This document shows, piece after piece, positions 1-9,485 of a DNA stretch of 64,000 nucleotides (position 1 is the stretch's first letter; each line of letters opens with the position of its first letter). A program made the translations under genes and the position numbers. The DNA lies in NCBI GenBank assembly GCA_964637955.1, contig CAZWXQ010000003.1:31154-95153 (forward strand). The letters are read 5' to 3'. The notes beneath the pieces are model-generated. The model ran no database searches. It was not told where the DNA came from and saw only the letters and a program-made list of their open reading frames with translations. Source of the DNA: an uncultured Gammaproteobacteria bacterium (GTDB lineage Bacteria > Patescibacteriota > Microgenomatia > Levybacterales > UBA12049).

Positions 1-1
1 T

Positions 2-694
2 TTGACCCAGGCGGATCTAGAAATTGGTGCTTTCATAATTTCAGAAATAGAAAAAAAATTTCCAGACCATAATATTATTGACGAAGAAGCTGGAGTAATT
101 GATAAGGGCTCGGATTTTACCTGGGTGGTGGATCCAATTGATGGAACCAGTAATTTTGCAAATGGCATTCCAACATTTGGAATCATAATTGGACTTTTAA
201 ATAAAGATTTACCAATTGCCGGAGGGGTTGCACTTCCACGCTTTGATCGTATAATAACTGCAGAAAAAGGGAAGGGTGCATTTGAGGGAAATAGAAAACT
301 TCAGATATCTAATGAAAAAGAATTAAAAAACTGTTTGATAGCGTATGGAATTGATGGGCATCAAGAAGATCCTAATTTAACTTATGGTGAATCAAAAATT
401 CTTGCTGATTTAGTTTTAAACATAAGAAATCTAAGAAGTAGTAACAGTGTTTTTGATTCCGTAATGGTTATGCAAGGTAGCTACGGAGCATACATGAGCA
501 AATCTTCAAAGATTTGGGATAATGTGGGTCAGCACATAATTATTGAAGAGGCGGGGGGAATTTATACAGCCTTTAATGGAGAAAGAGTTGATTATTCAAA
601 TCCACTAGAAAAGGCTGGAAAATTATTTAGTTGTTGTTTTGGAGCTCCTCAAATACATAAGCAAGTTCAGGATATAATTAAGCCTTTGATTTAA
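2..694 (+). CDS. Inositol monophosphatase family protein (SuhB/IMPase-like), 5' partial
   Basis: Reading frame is open from the window edge. DPIDGTSNF and WDxxG-type motifs are typical of the IMPase/FBPase fold. Confidence 0.8.
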   Translation: MTQADLEIGAFIISEIEKKFPDHNIIDEEAGVIDKGSDFTWVVDPIDGTSNFANGIPTFGIIIGLLNKDLPIAGGVALPRFDRIITAEKGKGAFEGNRKLQISNEKELKNCLIAYGIDGHQEDPNLTYGESKILADLVLNIRNLRSSNSVFDSVMVMQGSYGAYMSKSSKIWDNVGQHIIIEEAGGIYTAFNGERVDYSNPLEKAGKLFSCCFGAPQIHKQVQDIIKPLI

Positions 695-1100
695 AAGGAT
701 TAAAGCCTTGTTTTCTTAAATTTGCTACAGGAATGAAAAGAGGTTTTGGAAATTTATCCCAAGAAAACCAATCTAATTCTTCGCATTTTTCAGGTTCCAT
801 ATTCTTTACTTCTCCAGATTTAATTTCCGCTGTTACGAAAAGAGTTATATAGTGTTTGTTTTCTTTCTTGAAAAAGTCATTTGTAAATGCAACTGGTTTG
901 ATTTTTGTTAGAATAATTCCTGCTTCTTCTTTTGCTTCTCTTTTTGCACAGTCTTCAAGTCTCTCATTAAATTCGAGGTGTCCACCCACAAATGCCCATG
1001 TTCCGTTTCCGTGAGAATTTTTTCTTTTTAGGAGAAGTACTTTATCTTTTTTAATTATTATTACTCCAACACCAACTCGAGGGAATTTGGCTTCATTCAT
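678..1100 (-). CDS. NUDIX hydrolase
   Basis: Nudix box GGHLEFNERLEDCAKREAKEEAGI (Gx5Ex7REUxEExGU); 140 aa. Confidence 0.8.
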   Translation of the reverse strand: MNEAKFPRVGVGVIIIKKDKVLLLKRKNSHGNGTWAFVGGHLEFNERLEDCAKREAKEEAGIILTKIKPVAFTNDFFKKENKHYITLFVTAEIKSGEVKNMEPEKCEELDWFSWDKFPKPLFIPVANLRKQGFNPFKSKA

Positions 1101-1550
1101 TTAGGAAAGTTTTTGCTTAACAATATTACTTACCATACCCATGTCTGCTTTGCCTTTAAGTTTCCCATTCAATGCGCCCATGAGTTTTCCCATATCTTGC
1201 ATTGAAGTTGCGCCAGTCTCGGTTATGGTTTCATCTACTATTTTTCTAACTTCTTCTTCAGGCATTTTTTCAGGAAGATATTCTTGGAGAATTTTAAGTT
1301 CTTCTGCTTCTTTATCGACTAATTCTTGGCGTCCTGCTTTTTCGTATTCTGAGATGGAATCTCGTCTTTTTTTTGCTTCTTTTTCAATTACAGCCAATAT
1401 ATCTTCAGGAGTTGCCTCGTATCCAGCGCCACCTTTTTCTATTTGATAGTAACTGATAGATGACATTAGCATGCGGATAGTAGACTTCTTAACTTCATCT
1501 CCGGATTTCATGGCAGATATTAAGTCTTGTTGTAATTTTGCTTTATCCAT
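1101..1550 (-). CDS. GatB/YqeY domain protein
   Basis: 149-aa helical protein whose N-terminus (LISAMKSGDEVKKSTIRMLMSSI) resembles YqeY family proteins. Confidence 0.7.
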   Translation of the reverse strand: MDKAKLQQDLISAMKSGDEVKKSTIRMLMSSISYYQIEKGGAGYEATPEDILAVIEKEAKKRRDSISEYEKAGRQELVDKEAEELKILQEYLPEKMPEEEVRKIVDETITETGATSMQDMGKLMGALNGKLKGKADMGMVSNIVKQKLS

Positions 1551-1564
1551 ACTGTGATTATATC

Positions 1565-2368
1565 TTATCCTTCGTTTCTTGCAAACTGGCCAGTATCTTT
1601 TGCCTTTTTAAACATATAATTAAAAAATATTAATGCTACAATTATGTAAATTGTGTTTTCCATAAAAGAAAAAGTATAGAGTCTATAATTTACTGCTCCG
1701 GTTTTTATCCCAAATCTTGCTGCTTCAAATACAAATGTAGGAGGGAAGAGTAAAGCAATTTTCTGAAGCCAATCAGGCAAAACGCTAAGCGGAAAGAAGG
1801 CAGCAGTTAAAGGTTGAAAAAGAAAAATTAATCCCCATGCTAAGGATTGGATTCTGGTTCCAAATCTAAATATAGCTCCAAGAATTGCTATTCCTGTAGA
1901 ACACCCAAACAAAACTAAACTAATAAAACTGAGAAAAATATTAGTTGAGCCCATATCAAGAATATTAAAACTGAAAATTATAAAAGCAATTAAGCTGAAT
2001 AATATAAATGTTAAAAATGCCTTTATAATTCCAGAAAGAATGTATGCAGATAAATACTCCGATATTGAAATTGGCGAAATAAACATATTACTTAAGTTTC
2101 TTGACCAAACATTCCAAAGACTTCCTACAGAAATTGAGTATTGAGTAATATAAATTATTTGCCACAGAATTATTCCCATTAGCAGATAATCATTTGTGCC
2201 AGAATTGTTTCCAGATAGAAATCTTGAAATAAATCCAAAGACTATTATGTTAATTGCAGGAAAGAAGAATATATCCATACTTACTTCAAGAGAGTGCTTG
2301 GTAATGTATAATTCTTGAAGTAAAATTGCTTTTATTCTAGCTAATGACATTTTTTTCCTTTCTGGCAA
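1565..2368 (-). CDS. ABC-2 type transporter permease
   Basis: Multi-pass hydrophobic protein overlapping the upstream ABC ATPase gene by 32 nt (operon). Confidence 0.6.
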   Translation of the reverse strand: MPERKKMSLARIKAILLQELYITKHSLEVSMDIFFFPAINIIVFGFISRFLSGNNSGTNDYLLMGIILWQIIYITQYSISVGSLWNVWSRNLSNMFISPISISEYLSAYILSGIIKAFLTFILFSLIAFIIFSFNILDMGSTNIFLSFISLVLFGCSTGIAILGAIFRFGTRIQSLAWGLIFLFQPLTAAFFPLSVLPDWLQKIALLFPPTFVFEAARFGIKTGAVNYRLYTFSFMENTIYIIVALIFFNYMFKKAKDTGQFARNEG

Positions 2369-3269
2369 TTTCTAAAAATACGTCTTCTAAGGTAGGTTTT
2401 TTAATTTCAATATCAGTTATCCAAATATCTTCCTGTCCAATTCCAAATATTATTTTTGGTATTAATTTTTCTTCAGCAGAAATATTAACGGTAAATTTTC
2501 TAATAAAATTATATTTATATTTTTTTGATTTAAGATATTTTTCGATTTTGCTTTGATCAGCATCGAAGGAAATTATGAGATCAGAGTGCGTTATTCTTTT
2601 TGTAAGCCCGAGCGGAGCATCTTTAGCGACTATATTTCCATGGTCGAGAAATATTACTTCATCGCATATTCTTGTAACCTCCTCCATATCATGAGAGGTA
2701 TATAAAATTGAAACTCCATCTTCTTTATTTAGTTTTTCGATAAGCTGTAAAGTTTTATCCGCAATATCTGGATCAAGAGAAGCAGTAGGTTCATCCATAA
2801 GAATTAATTCTGGGTCATTTATGAGAGATTTAACTAGGTTTACCCGGGCTTTTTGGCCTGAAGAAAGATTATGATATTGTTGATTCATGACTTCATTTAT
2901 CTCAAAATAAATAGCTAGTTCTTTTATTTTATTTTTAGGCTCTTTAACTTGATAGAGATGAGCAAAGACTAATAAATTTTCATAAGCAGAAATTCTTCCC
3001 TGAAGCGTATTGAAAGATGAAGTAAAATTTATTCTCTGGAGACAGTACTGTTTATTCTTTTGAAAGTCTTTCCCAAAATAAGAAATACTACCACCGTTAT
3101 TTAAAGTTATTCCAACAAGCATTTGAATGGTTGTTGTTTTACCGGCTCCATTTGGTCCAAGTAAGCCTATTATTTTTCCTTTTGGAACATCAAAAGAAAT
3201 CCCTTTAACGGCTTTATATGATCCATAATTTTTAACAAGGTTTTTTACCTCGAGAACGTTATTTTCCAT
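2337..3269 (-). CDS. ABC transporter ATP-binding protein
   Basis: Walker A GPNGAGKTTT, ABC signature LSSGQKARV, Walker B LILMDEPTASLD. Confidence 0.9.
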   Translation of the reverse strand: MENNVLEVKNLVKNYGSYKAVKGISFDVPKGKIIGLLGPNGAGKTTTIQMLVGITLNNGGSISYFGKDFQKNKQYCLQRINFTSSFNTLQGRISAYENLLVFAHLYQVKEPKNKIKELAIYFEINEVMNQQYHNLSSGQKARVNLVKSLINDPELILMDEPTASLDPDIADKTLQLIEKLNKEDGVSILYTSHDMEEVTRICDEVIFLDHGNIVAKDAPLGLTKRITHSDLIISFDADQSKIEKYLKSKKYKYNFIRKFTVNISAEEKLIPKIIFGIGQEDIWITDIEIKKPTLEDVFLEIARKEKNVIS

Positions 3270-3320
3270 AGTCAGAATATTAAAGCTTCATATAAGTTTT
3301 AGTGAAAGAGGAAAGTAAGA

Positions 3321-4670
3321 TTAATTAATTTCTTTTATTCGGCGGAGTAAAAATTCTTTGTTATTTTTATCCATATCCTCGTCGACTTCTTCGAAAAGCT
3401 TCTGTAATATTTTACCAATTTCTGGTCCAGGTTTCAAAGAGAGTTCCGCCATCACGTCATTTCCGTCAATAGCAAGATCATTGATCGAAAATGGTTTTGG
3501 TGCGAGCTCTCCTGCGACTCTTTCTTTAAATTTCTTAAGACGCCAGCTCTCTGCTGTTTGGGTGCCTCCGCCTAGCCTATCTCCAATTCTAAGATCCATC
3601 ATATCAGCTACATTTTCTATGCCTATTCGTCTTATAAAGCGCCTAACACCTGCGTCACTTAGATTTTCATTTACTGAAAACATGTGCCACCTTATAAGAT
3701 TTACAATTCTGGAGGTTTCTTTTTTTGAGAAGCGAAGACGTGAACAAATTTCATAAGCTATTTTTGCTCCCGCAATTTCATGATTATAAAAAGTAACAAG
3801 GCCATCTTTATCTTCGCCTCTGACACGTGGTTTTCCGACATCATGGAGAAGTGTTGCGAATCTTACGATAGGATCTATGGCAGGTGTTTCTTTAAGTGAT
3901 AAAAGATTGTGTGTAAATACATCGGTGGTGTGATGTCTTCCTGGTCTAACTTGAGAAACACCAATTCCAAGTGTAAGTTCAGGTAAAATTATTTCAAGAA
4001 TTCCTGCTTCTTTGAGTAATATTATTCCTTTTGCAGGATTTGGGCTTCCCATAATTTTTAAAAGTTCATCGCGAACTCTTTCTCCGGAGATTTCTTTAAT
4101 AAGCTTTGCATCTGCTTTAATTTCTCGTCCAGTAGATTCGTCAATATCAAAATTTAGTTGCGCAGCGAATCGAATGGCCCGCATTAAGCGCAGCGCATCT
4201 TCCTTAAATCTTTCTTTTGGATTCCCAACGCATCTAATAATTCTTTTATTTATGTCATCCTGTCCATTGAAAGGATCCACAAATTCTTCTTCATTGTCAT
4301 TGATCTTCATTGCAACAGCGTTCATAGTGAAATCGCGTCTACTCAAGTCTTCCTCTATCGTTTTACCCCACTCCACTTTATCAGGATGTCTTTTGTTGCT
4401 AAATCCTTGTTCTGTTCTGTATGTAGTGATTTCAATGATCGAATTGTCTTCAAGGGGAATACCTACTGTTCCAAAATCATTATTGTAATAAGCTCTTTTA
4501 AAGAGCTTGGTAATGTCTTCTGGTTTTGCGTTTGTCGTCATGTCATAGTCTTTGACTGGAATTTCCATGAGTAGATTTCTTACGCCTCCTCCTACGAAAT
4601 ATATTTCAAAATTTGCTTCAGTAATTTTTTTATAAATTTCTAAAATTTCCTGAGGTATTTTATTTTTCAT
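3321..4670 (-). CDS. cca: CCA-adding tRNA nucleotidyltransferase / poly(A) polymerase family with HD domain
   Basis: N-terminal GGGVRNLL...DYDMTT nucleotidyltransferase head and a central HD motif (LLHDVGK). Confidence 0.8.
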   Translation of the reverse strand: MKNKIPQEILEIYKKITEANFEIYFVGGGVRNLLMEIPVKDYDMTTNAKPEDITKLFKRAYYNNDFGTVGIPLEDNSIIEITTYRTEQGFSNKRHPDKVEWGKTIEEDLSRRDFTMNAVAMKINDNEEEFVDPFNGQDDINKRIIRCVGNPKERFKEDALRLMRAIRFAAQLNFDIDESTGREIKADAKLIKEISGERVRDELLKIMGSPNPAKGIILLKEAGILEIILPELTLGIGVSQVRPGRHHTTDVFTHNLLSLKETPAIDPIVRFATLLHDVGKPRVRGEDKDGLVTFYNHEIAGAKIAYEICSRLRFSKKETSRIVNLIRWHMFSVNENLSDAGVRRFIRRIGIENVADMMDLRIGDRLGGGTQTAESWRLKKFKERVAGELAPKPFSINDLAIDGNDVMAELSLKPGPEIGKILQKLFEEVDEDMDKNNKEFLLRRIKEIN

Positions 4671-4726
4671 TGTTATAGTTTTCCTTCTTTGTTATAGTAT
4701 ATCAACATTCTAAAATCTTGGTAATC

Positions 4727-6457
4727 ATGAAGAAATGGGAGTTGCAAAATAAAACAAAAATTGACTCAGAAAAATTTGAATATTCTAACTTAGTAAATAT
4801 ACTTCTTGAAAATAGGGGAATTAAGATTAAAAAAGAAATTGAAGAGTTTCTAAATCCTACTCTTGAAAATTTAACCGCTGAGAATTTAGGCATAAACAAA
4901 AAAGATCTTGATAAGAGTTTAGTTCGAATTAAAAAAGCCATAAAAAACAAAGAACAGATAATTATTTTTGGAGATTATGATGTAGATGGTATAACTGGTA
5001 CGGCGATTCTCTGGGAAAGCTTGAATAGCTTAAAAGCAAATGTCATGCCTTATATTCCGCATAGAATTGAAGAAGGTTATGGTCTCTCCATAAAAGGAAT
5101 TGATTTAGTACTCGAAAAATATCCTGACGCCAAGATTATCATTACAGTAGATAATGGAATAGTTGCAAATGAAGCCGTAGAATATGCAAATTCAAAAGAC
5201 TTGGAAGTGATTATTACAGATCATCATGCTCCAGGAGAAAGTTTGCCAAGGGCTTTTGCTATAGTTCATAGTACAAAAATTTGCGGTTCTGCAGTCGGAT
5301 GGTTTTTATCGAAACAAATTACCATTTACCAATTACCAATTACCAATGAATTTATAATTAAAAATTTTAAATTGAAATTTGATAACGATGAACATCTGAG
5401 TTTAGTAGCATTGGCCACTGTTGCTGATGTCATGAAGCTTAATGAGTTTAATAGAAGTTTACTTGTTTTTGGATTAAAACAATTACATGTTACTAAAAGA
5501 CCAGGACTTATTGAGTTGTTAAAATTGTCGCAAATAGATCAAGAAAAAATTGGCGTATATGAGATAGGGCACATTATTGCGCCAAGATTAAACGCGATGG
5601 GGCGAATCGAACACGCGATGGATAGTCTTAGATTTCTTTGCACAACCAATTTACCTCGTGCCAAAGAACTAGCCAATAAACTTCATATGACAAATAAAGA
5701 CAGGCAAGAATTAACTTTTGATTCCTTAATTCATGCAAAAAATACTGTGGGGGAAAGTAAAAATAAATTAATTATTATTTCAGACAAAAGTTACCAGCCG
5801 GGAGTTATTGGATTAATTTCAGGGCGGCTTACTGAAGAGTTTTATCGCCCATCCATGGTGATTTCAGAAGGTGAAGAGTTTAGTAAGGGGTCTGCGAGAT
5901 CAGTTCATGGATTTAACATAATTGAATTTATTCGGCAGTTTTCAGATTTACTAATAGATAAAGGTGGGCATCCAATGGCTGCGGGATTTACTTTGAAAAC
6001 CAAAGATTTGGGAGTATTTAAAAAAAGAGTTGAGGAAAAAGCCGAAAAAGAAATTGATAAAGATATCCTTATTCGAAGTCTGAAAATTGATTTAGAGTTT
6101 CCATTAGGCTTAGTAGGATGGAAATTATTTGAAGAAATTTTTAAACTTGAGCCATTTGGATATGGAAATCCCGAGCCAACTTTTCTATCAAAAGATATTG
6201 AAATAACAGAGATGAAATTCGTTGGAAAAGAATCTAAACACTTGAAATTGAAATTCCAAATTCCAAATTCCAATTCCCAAATTGAAGGAATATTATTTGG
6301 TTACGATAAAAGTTTGGATTTAAAAATAGGGGATACTGTCAGTATTGTTTATTCGGTTTCTGTAAATGAGTGGAATGGAAATAAAAAGTTGGAGTTAAAA
6401 ATAAGGGATATAAGAAATGATTATTCGTCGCGTCTAACTCTAATTGGCTCTAGTTGA
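4727..6457 (+). CDS. recJ: Single-stranded-DNA-specific exonuclease RecJ
   Basis: DHH family motifs DYDVDGITG and ITDHHAP plus a DHHA1-type C-terminal region. The ORF track starts at TTG 4718; the first ATG is at 4727. Confidence 0.85.
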   Translation: MKKWELQNKTKIDSEKFEYSNLVNILLENRGIKIKKEIEEFLNPTLENLTAENLGINKKDLDKSLVRIKKAIKNKEQIIIFGDYDVDGITGTAILWESLNSLKANVMPYIPHRIEEGYGLSIKGIDLVLEKYPDAKIIITVDNGIVANEAVEYANSKDLEVIITDHHAPGESLPRAFAIVHSTKICGSAVGWFLSKQITIYQLPITNEFIIKNFKLKFDNDEHLSLVALATVADVMKLNEFNRSLLVFGLKQLHVTKRPGLIELLKLSQIDQEKIGVYEIGHIIAPRLNAMGRIEHAMDSLRFLCTTNLPRAKELANKLHMTNKDRQELTFDSLIHAKNTVGESKNKLIIISDKSYQPGVIGLISGRLTEEFYRPSMVISEGEEFSKGSARSVHGFNIIEFIRQFSDLLIDKGGHPMAAGFTLKTKDLGVFKKRVEEKAEKEIDKDILIRSLKIDLEFPLGLVGWKLFEEIFKLEPFGYGNPEPTFLSKDIEITEMKFVGKESKHLKLKFQIPNSNSQIEGILFGYDKSLDLKIGDTVSIVYSVSVNEWNGNKKLELKIRDIRNDYSSRLTLIGSS

Positions 6458-6969
6458 TCAAGTTGTTGCATGGCTTGCTGTCTTTTTCCTGGATCGCGAA
6501 GACCATCCCAAATTTTTTCAGCGGCTAATTTCATATCAGGAATTCTCAGTAATTCAAGTACTCTTACAAAAGCATTATCCACTCTGGCTTTTTCTACTGG
6601 GTCTGTTGGATATAATTCTTGCAATGAGCTTAAAGGTGTTGTAACTTCTTCAGCTGGAGCTGGTTGCGTTAATAATACTTTATGATCGGGATCATGAGAG
6701 ACTACTGATCTTTCCAAAACTGCTAAATCTTTCGCTCTTAGCATCTTATCTGGTTGACCACTTTGCATGTCTGGACGTAGTTCTTCAACTCTGCGTCTAA
6801 ATGGTCCTTGTGCGGTAGATATTATTTCTTCGATCTCATCTTTATCTGGTACAGGATGACGAGCGAGGTGTCTTAATTGCTCGTTTCTTATCTCATGAGG
6901 TGTCATATCAAATGCGTCTCTTTTTTCGTGTGGTGTTGGATTTTCTGCTCCCATGCTTTCTTCTACCAT
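6421..6969 (-). CDS. Hypothetical acidic protein (182 aa), compositionally atypical
   Basis: Longest ORF in the 550-bp recJ-aspS gap. Higher GC than its neighbours and rich in E/R/D/P. No recognisable motif. Overlaps the recJ 3' end by ~37 nt. Confidence 0.45.
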   Translation of the reverse strand: MVEESMGAENPTPHEKRDAFDMTPHEIRNEQLRHLARHPVPDKDEIEEIISTAQGPFRRRVEELRPDMQSGQPDKMLRAKDLAVLERSVVSHDPDHKVLLTQPAPAEEVTTPLSSLQELYPTDPVEKARVDNAFVRVLELLRIPDMKLAAEKIWDGLRDPGKRQQAMQQLDQLEPIRVRRDE

Positions 6970-7111
6970 AACAAATAAAATTATGCTCTCAAACTGAGCG
7001 TAATGTCAATGTTTGTTATCACGCAAATGTGTATTAAAGCACTCTGAGATTTTGTTGTCAAGCATATTTGAGGCTTGTTTGAAGCTCGGCAAAATATTAA
7101 AATACGATGTA

Positions 7112-8533
7112 ATGGAAAGAACACTGATTAAAGATACAGTAAATAAGGTTGGGGAAGAAGTAGTTTTAAAAGCTTGGGTTCACATAAGGCGTGATCATGG
7201 TAAATTAATATTTCTAGATCTTAGAGATAGGACTGGTCTGGTTCAGGTGGTAGTTATTCCTCAGAGCTCCCCAGAAGCCCATGAAGAAGCCCAAAAGCTT
7301 AGATCTGAGTTTATCATTGAATTAAAAGGAAAAGTAAACCAGCGACCTGAAAGAAACGTAAATCCAGATCTAGTTACCGGTACAGTTGAGATCGAAGCAA
7401 AAGAAATAAAGATTCTAGCTGAAGCTCTAAATCCGCCTTTTGATATAACAGCAGATGGACTTGATATAAATGAAGAAATAAGACTTAAGTATAGATATCT
7501 TGATTTAAGACGCGAAAGAATGCAAAAAAATATAAGACTCAGGAGTGATTATATGCAAGCTCTCAGATCATCTCTTTTAAGTAAAGATTTTACAGAGATC
7601 GAAACTCCTATTCTTTCTAAAGCTACTATGGAAGGCGCAAGGGATTTCGTAGTGCCATCTCGTTTTCAGCCGGGTAAATTCTATGCGCTTCCTCAAAGTC
7701 CTCAGCAATACAAGCAGCTTTTAATGGTTTCTGGATTTGAGAGATATTTTCAATTCCCAAAATGTTTTAGAGATGAAGATCTTAGAGCAGATAGAGGATT
7801 TGAATTTTCGCAATTAGATTTAGAAATGAGTTTTGTAACTCGCGAAGATGTTATGGAGACAACGGAATCTGCAGTAAAAGCGGCAGTAGGTGCAGTTGGA
7901 GGAAAGTTAAAAGATCAAAAATTTCCAGTAATTGACTATAAAGATGCCATGGAAAAATATGGAGCTGATAAATTTGATCTGCGATCTGAAGAAGAGAAAA
8001 AAGATGGAACACTTGCCTTTGCATGGGTTATTAATTTTCCATTCTTTAGAAAAGTAAGTAAAACTGAGATCTCTGATATTCTTGATAGCAAAAGCGAATG
8101 GACATTCACTCACAATCCTTTTAGTATGCCTCTTCCAGAGCACTTAGAGTGGCTAATGAAGGGTGAAAATATCGATCAAATTAAAACCACTCAATATGAC
8201 TTAGTTTGCAATGGTCTTGAAGCAGGTGGAGGAAGTATCAGAGCGCACACTCCTGAAATTCTTAGAGCTACATATAAAATTATGGGGTATACGGATTCCC
8301 AAATAGAAGAGAGCGTAGGCCACATGCTTGAAGCATTTTCATTTGGAGCACCACCTCATGGTGGAATTGCACTTGGTCTTGATCGTCACATAGCTCTCTT
8401 GCAGGGAGAAGATTCTATAAAAGAGACAATGGCATTTCCTATGACATCGACTGGCAGAACAGCTGTTATGGACGCTCCTGCATCTATAGCAGAGGAGCAG
8501 TTAAAAGAATTGGGAATTAAAATATTAAAATAA
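7112..8533 (+). CDS. aspS: Aspartyl-tRNA synthetase, short archaeal/eukaryal type without GAD insertion
   Basis: N-terminal OB-fold (FLDLRDRTG), class II motif 2 FRDEDLRADRGFEFSQLD, motif 3 GAPPHGGIALGLDR. Start placed at ATG 7112 (MERTLIKD...) rather than the upstream extension at 7013. Confidence 0.9.
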   Translation: MERTLIKDTVNKVGEEVVLKAWVHIRRDHGKLIFLDLRDRTGLVQVVVIPQSSPEAHEEAQKLRSEFIIELKGKVNQRPERNVNPDLVTGTVEIEAKEIKILAEALNPPFDITADGLDINEEIRLKYRYLDLRRERMQKNIRLRSDYMQALRSSLLSKDFTEIETPILSKATMEGARDFVVPSRFQPGKFYALPQSPQQYKQLLMVSGFERYFQFPKCFRDEDLRADRGFEFSQLDLEMSFVTREDVMETTESAVKAAVGAVGGKLKDQKFPVIDYKDAMEKYGADKFDLRSEEEKKDGTLAFAWVINFPFFRKVSKTEISDILDSKSEWTFTHNPFSMPLPEHLEWLMKGENIDQIKTTQYDLVCNGLEAGGGSIRAHTPEILRATYKIMGYTDSQIEESVGHMLEAFSFGAPPHGGIALGLDRHIALLQGEDSIKETMAFPMTSTGRTAVMDAPASIAEEQLKELGIKILK

Positions 8534-8546
8534 ACGTTTAATCTTC

Positions 8547-9485
8547 ATGAGTTTCAAAGATTCTTTTAAAAAGAATAAATTTAAAATATTCTATTTAATT
8601 GTTTTAGGAATTATTTTTGTAATTTTTATTTTTATCGCTGCGATTAATTTTCAAATAAAAAGACAAATTCCAAAATATAATATTAACTTAAAACCAATTT
8701 CTTTTAATCCAGCACCTTTTCCTCAAATAATAAATAATTATCCTCCTGAAATTTCCGCACAAGGAGCAGTAATACTTGATGAAGATTCCAGCGTGGTGCT
8801 TTTTGAAAAAAATTCAAATCTAAGATTTTCACCTGCATCTACAACAAAAATTATGACTGCGCTTGTTGCCCTCGAATATTTTTCACTTCAAGATATTCTT
8901 ACGGTTTTCAGAGATGATGTGGAGGGTTCAACAATCAAGCTTTCAAAAAATGAAAAAATGACATTTGAAAATCTGATGTATGCCATGATGCTTCCATCTG
9001 CGAATGATGCCACAGTCGCAATTGCCCAGAACTACCCTGGAGGTCAAGAGGCTTTTGTGAATCGCATGAATGAAAAAGCAAAAGAATTAGGTCTAATTAA
9101 TACTCATTTCCAAGATCCTGTAGGGCTTATGGATATTGATGATTATACGACTCCAATTGATTTGGCAAGGCTTAGTGTGATCGCTATGAAGAATCCACAG
9201 ATTGCAAAAATAGTATCCACAAAAAATAAAACAATCACGAATGCTGAAGGAAAAACGTATGACTTGGAAAATTTAAATATTCTTCTTGATCTTCCTGGGG
9301 TAAATGGAGTTAAGACTGGGTTCACGGAGGAAGCAGGTCAAGTTTTGGTGAGTAGCAGGAGGGTCCCAAGTACAAATAAAGAGGTAATAATTGTTGTTAT
9401 GCAGAGTCTTGATAGATTTGGTGATTCAGAGTCATTGATGAATTTCTTGGACAATAATATTAGTTATTTATCCATTCGTCCTTAA
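8547..9485 (+). CDS. D-alanyl-D-alanine carboxypeptidase (serine-type, PBP5/6-like)
   Basis: N-terminal signal/TM, active-site SxxK (SPASTTK) and SxN (SANDA) motifs. Confidence 0.8.
   Translation: MSFKDSFKKNKFKIFYLIVLGIIFVIFIFIAAINFQIKRQIPKYNINLKPISFNPAPFPQIINNYPPEISAQGAVILDEDSSVVLFEKNSNLRFSPASTTKIMTALVALEYFSLQDILTVFRDDVEGSTIKLSKNEKMTFENLMYAMMLPSANDATVAIAQNYPGGQEAFVNRMNEKAKELGLINTHFQDPVGLMDIDDYTTPIDLARLSVIAMKNPQIAKIVSTKNKTITNAEGKTYDLENLNILLDLPGVNGVKTGFTEEAGQVLVSSRRVPSTNKEVIIVVMQSLDRFGDSESLMNFLDNNISYLSIRP

Noticed and set aside
1141-1446. Plus-strand ORFs antisense to annotated genes (1141-1446, 3358-3756, 4012-4488, 5905-6273, 7907-8143, 14341-14538, 14627-14971, 19158-19358, 37913-38134 and similar)
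   Set aside because: Each lies wholly inside a longer ORF that has clear conserved motifs on the opposite strand or in another frame. They have low-complexity S/L/F-rich composition typical of shadow frames in AT-rich DNA.
6444-6685. Plus-strand small ORFs 6444-6644 and 6470-6685 in the recJ-aspS gap
   Set aside because: They are shorter than the minus-strand 182-aa frame covering the same higher-GC patch and overlap it. The single longest frame was kept, itself at low confidence.
7013-7111. Upstream extension of aspS to ATG 7013
   Set aside because: The extension residues (MLSRKCVLKHSEILLSSIFEACLKLGKILKYDV) have no counterpart in AspRS. The conserved N-terminus begins at MERTLIKD (7112).
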